The position numbers were made by a program, and so were the translations under genes. DNA of 64,000 nt from Nemertoderma westbladi (taxonomy: Eukaryota; Animalia; Xenacoelomorpha): assembly GCA_032718475.1 (NCBI GenBank), contig JAUCBJ010009018.1, positions 1 to 64,000 of the forward strand, read 5' to 3'. The notes under the pieces were generated by a model, which saw only the letters and a program-made list of their open reading frames with translations, made no database searches and was not told where the DNA came from. This document shows, in pieces, positions 60,101-64,000 of this stretch (positions are counted from its first letter, which is position 1; each line of letters opens with the position of its first letter).

Positions 60101-63100
60101 CACTTAATCTTTCTTTAAAATATTCCTTTCTGAATTAGAAGTAATAAAGTTATCGCAAATTTGATGTGAATTCTATTAAATAATACTAGCTACTATTAAT
60201 TAGCTATACTGTGTTATTGAAGGTGATATTCCAGAATCTTAATCAAATAATCTTACCAAAAATTTGATTAAACTAGCTAATTGTTCAAAAGATCCTACAA
60301 CTAAACATTTTATTTATAAATTTATTAATAATTACCAACGCAATTACTTATCTAGAATAAATAATGCGAAATCAACAGAAAAATAATCCAGATCGTTGAT
60401 TGGATAAATATTTTATTACCGCATTTTTGGAATTTTGATTGGATAATTACTTTTTTGTCGGCATACGCGTACAAAAAAGTCTTTTATGTCCGCATACGCG
60501 GACAAAAAAAGCCTTTTATGTCCGCATTTTTACGGATAAAAAAGTGAATTTTTAAAAGAAAAAATATTTATGATTAAGAATTAATTACGGACTATAATAA
60601 AAATTAAATAAGCACAAGCTATATCAATCACAACCAGCCGATCTCTTTGTGCAGTAGGCCTGCATGGGGGTCTACGGTATGTGTGTAAGCAGTCCCTTCC
60701 TTACCTTAAACATCAGGGCAAAGTGATTGTCCAGCTCCATAGCTTGCCATGGTGGATGCCCATTGGCCATCTCTATGACGACACAACCCGTCGACCATAC
60801 GTCACAACTTCGTCCATAATCCTCCCCTCGCAGGACCTAAAATTTAGAGTTTAAATTTTGTTTGGAAATAAAAGGATTTCACAGATGAATTAAATACATA
60901 AATAAATAAAATTGACTTTATTATAATTTTGATAAATTAAAGTTATTAATATTAAAATGTTACCAACAAATTTTCTAATAACATTTGTTATTAAAATCTA
61001 ATCTTCAATAAATCTACGAATACTACTGAATTCACTACAACTTACTTCTGGAGCCATAAATGCGATGGTGCCCAATAGTTGACCCTGGAATTCCCCACCG
61101 AACGTTTGTTGCGACTGCAGACGGGCTGCCGTACCAAAGTCAGACAGTTTCAGCTTCTGGCCGGTCGAGTCTACCAGAAGATTAGCGCCTAAAATAATTG
61201 AACAAATAATGAAAAATAACTGTAAATATAATCTAAGAAAATATCTACCTATAGTTTATAAAATATCGAATGATGTCATTACAGAGACAGATATTCAATA
61301 TTTGTAAGGCGCGGGGCGGGGTGGTGTTCTTGCGATAAATGATCTCACCTTTAATATCGCGGTGGATAATGTGATGGTGGTGGATGTAAGTCAGCGCCCT
61401 CAAGAGTTGTTTGAGGTAATTGATTATGGTTGGTTCTTGGAACGGACCATAAACTGATAACAATGAATTAATGCTTCCTCCAGCCATCCATTCAACGAAC
61501 AGATTAAAATGAACACCCTAGAAAAAATAAGTACCGTAGCTCAAGAACTTTCAGTTAGGTCATAAAGTCTGTCCACCCACCTCTCACATTGCTACGGGCT
61601 AGGACTATAAGCTTAATTAAACACGTATAGAGTTAAAAAGAAGACTTAAAGTTAAAAAGACTTAGACTAAAATGTTTCAAACGTACCTGTTGCGTTGCCC
61701 CTAACAACCGAGGAATATTTGGATGGTCTAATTTCCTCATCAACTCGATCTCCTTGGTAACAGAGGCTACAACCTTAACCTGTTCCTCCTCCGTGTTGCG
61801 GCAAAACGAAATCTGCAATTCGAAATCAAATAATTAAATTTATTTAACCTAAAATAAAATCACAAATAAAATGTATAGACTGTATACTGCTACACAACAT
61901 TTTTATGCCTAACCCAGTACAATATATTATATATATATACCGGTACAATATATACAAGTTGTACAAAAATGCAGCTGTCTGGATAACTAATTATTAATTA
62001 ATTAAATTACTATCATTATCAACATAAATTACTGAACATCAATAAGAGTAATAGAGGTTGTTAGGCCTGCACTAAATATCGCAAAATAAATAAGTTGATA
62101 AATTAAAAAATCAGGCATTTATGTTGCAGATAAATTCAACACTTCTGGATGTAAAGAATATATATTTTATTTATTTATGAAATGCGCTCCATCTCCCCCC
62201 TCTATCAATCAACACTCCATACGAAACTCTAATATAACAATTATTTACTACTACATTTACATTTATATGACGCTAAATTTATCGTCAGTGGGGAATTTAT
62301 ATTGGAGTAAATTAAAATATGATATACAAATAAATAATTAGTATCGTGTCTACGACAGCTATTCCCCTGACTGACCTGTTTGACTGCCATTAGCGACCCG
62401 GACTGTTTATCAACCGCCTGGAAACAGCTGGAGAAGGCCCCTGTCCCGATCAGCTGACCCTTAGACCACCCCGTACCGAGTAGCTGTCCCTCCACGTAAT
62501 CCCCACTGCTCCCATCCGCCGTATCCGACAGGTAGTGGATTATTGTCGTATCAGCGCCATCTACTGTTAATCCCGGGATGCGGGGCACAGTTGATTCCGC
62601 AACCGCACGCAAGAGGGCGTCATCCTCCTCAATTGTTTTGGATTTCAACAGAATGGAAGCTTTTGATTGAAAAACCTGGAAATTTAAAAATAATTAATAT
62701 TATCCAATACAAATTAATCGTCCAATCAGAAACCTCATGATCAACCTTCAACCAGACTCCGTGTTCCTTTCCACAATATAGTTTCACAATGACCTGTTTC
62801 ACAATAGTATTTGCCGGCGCAGTTTTAAAGTTCGCAGTTTCGGGTTACCTTGGGAGAGGTAACACGTTTACCGATAACTTAACTAAACGATATTTTTAGA
62901 CTCCCTTACAATGTACCTCCCCAATTGGTTGGTTGACTCACAACACAGTATACATAATTACCGCCTCCGCTTTGCAGGACATTACTTTCGCCGCGAGGAG
63001 CAGCCAGTGCATAATCTTGTACTTTGGCAGCCTCATGGAGTGAATAAGCATGGTGGACAGCCCCTGACTTTCTTGAGACGCATCTTAAAGGACACTGGCC

Positions 63101-64000
63101 TTGAAGATGCGGATGATCTAGCAAATGTCATGGGTGATAGGGAGTTGTGGCGGCGCAATTTTGTCGACAAGCCGGCATAGCATTCTTAATATACATGTAA
63201 AGTATATATAATGCAGCATGCCGATCGTAGTAGTAATAGTAGTAGTATATACACAATTACTTTTCGTTGGTTGAATTAGCGAAATGGTTATAAAACTAAC
63301 CGGAAGTCCCAATTCTTTTCGAAACGAGACGAACTGATGCGAAGGCTGGGTTTCATCGAACGCCGAATTTGGTGACGTCATTGTGGTTGCTATGGAATCC
63401 TGGCGTAAAGTCGAATCCGTGGATTGGCTGCTGGACGATGTTGTGGTTGTATGTGATCGGATAGTTGATGAGGTGGTGGTCAATACGCCGAAAAACTGGA
63501 AATATAAAACATTGTAATTTTTATACATTTAAATTATTTAATAACATAAAAAGGCACTGAACATTAATTAATAAGGTAGCTTAACATTTATAGCTTCTGT
63601 TCTAGATTCCAGGACAAACGCCTGACTTTATTATAAGGTATGTGACGATCAATATTCTTCCCAATATTAAATATTAAAGACCCATATAATACTGTAGCTC
63701 TACTCCTATACTCTACTGTAAAAGAGATTAAAGCCCTCTTTACTGTGGATAAACACCGAGTTTATCAAGATATCTCTGTACTGTATAATAATCTTTCTAT
63801 CTCACCTGGGGATCCAACCCATTGCTAAGGCAACCCTGTAACCCTGAGTCGTCTGAAACCTCGCGTGCACCGCTAGCGCCGACTGCGGTAAGGATTCTCT
63901 CCTTCATCTTCCAGCCGTCAGACACCCCGTCGAGTCGGTCTAGAAGGCGGCCATAGCAAGCCGGGAAGTCCCTGGCAGAGAGTTTTCCACAACGCAGAAT
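57188..64000 (-). CDS. MAP3K1: MAP3K1/MEKK1-like kinase, 3' part; exons 63806->64000, 63301-63495, 62376-62675, 61687-61812, 61349-61517, 61046-61188, 60705-60836, 57188-57337
   Basis: All introns are GT-AG with consistent phases. Spliced protein: [17 protein letters not shown]|[55 protein letters not shown]|[23 protein letters not shown]|IA...DRP...LSHPVF then stop. These are MEKK1-specific sequences. Confidence 0.92.
57380..57997. mobile_element. piggyBac-like non-autonomous remnant in the last kinase intron
   Basis: Ends GCGCGGGAAGG followed by TTAA. Rich in TGTC/GACA motifs like region 50-460. The left boundary is uncertain. Confidence 0.35.
62905..63180 (+). mobile_element. RTE-like LINE 3' fragment in a kinase intron
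   Basis: [10 protein letters not shown]...LVLWQP.G...DTGL...MGDRELWR is the same C-terminal motif class as 55165-55400. Confidence 0.75.

Overview
AT-rich eukaryotic (metazoan-like) genomic DNA dominated by transposable elements. The centre holds two related, recently inserted BEL/Pao LTR retrotransposons lying head-to-head. Element A (5552-17679, minus; 1234-bp LTRs, GATTG TSD) is internally deleted but keeps an open Gag-protease ORF. Element B (20039-38644, plus; 18.6 kb; about 1175-bp LTRs, GGAGT TSD) has a disrupted gag/PR, an intact RT-RNaseH-IN frame and an extra 1417-aa ORF. That ORF looks like a DEDDy (WRN/EXD/RNase D-type) 3'-5' exonuclease plus tandem CCHC zinc knuckles rather than an env. 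Neither element has a tRNA primer-binding site. Instead the 11-12 nt directly after the 5' LTR are the exact complement of a site inside the element's own LTR, with two compensatory substitutions between A and B, which suggests Tf1-like self-priming. A third, decayed relative (about 51310-56247) has gag fused in frame to a copied piece of the neighbouring C2H2 zinc-finger gene (41553-43049). The right end carries the last eight exons of a MAP3K1/MEKK1-like kinase gene (minus). The rest is piggyBac, RTE, CRE-like and other LINE fragments and many MITEs. All family assignments come from motifs read by eye; no database search was run.
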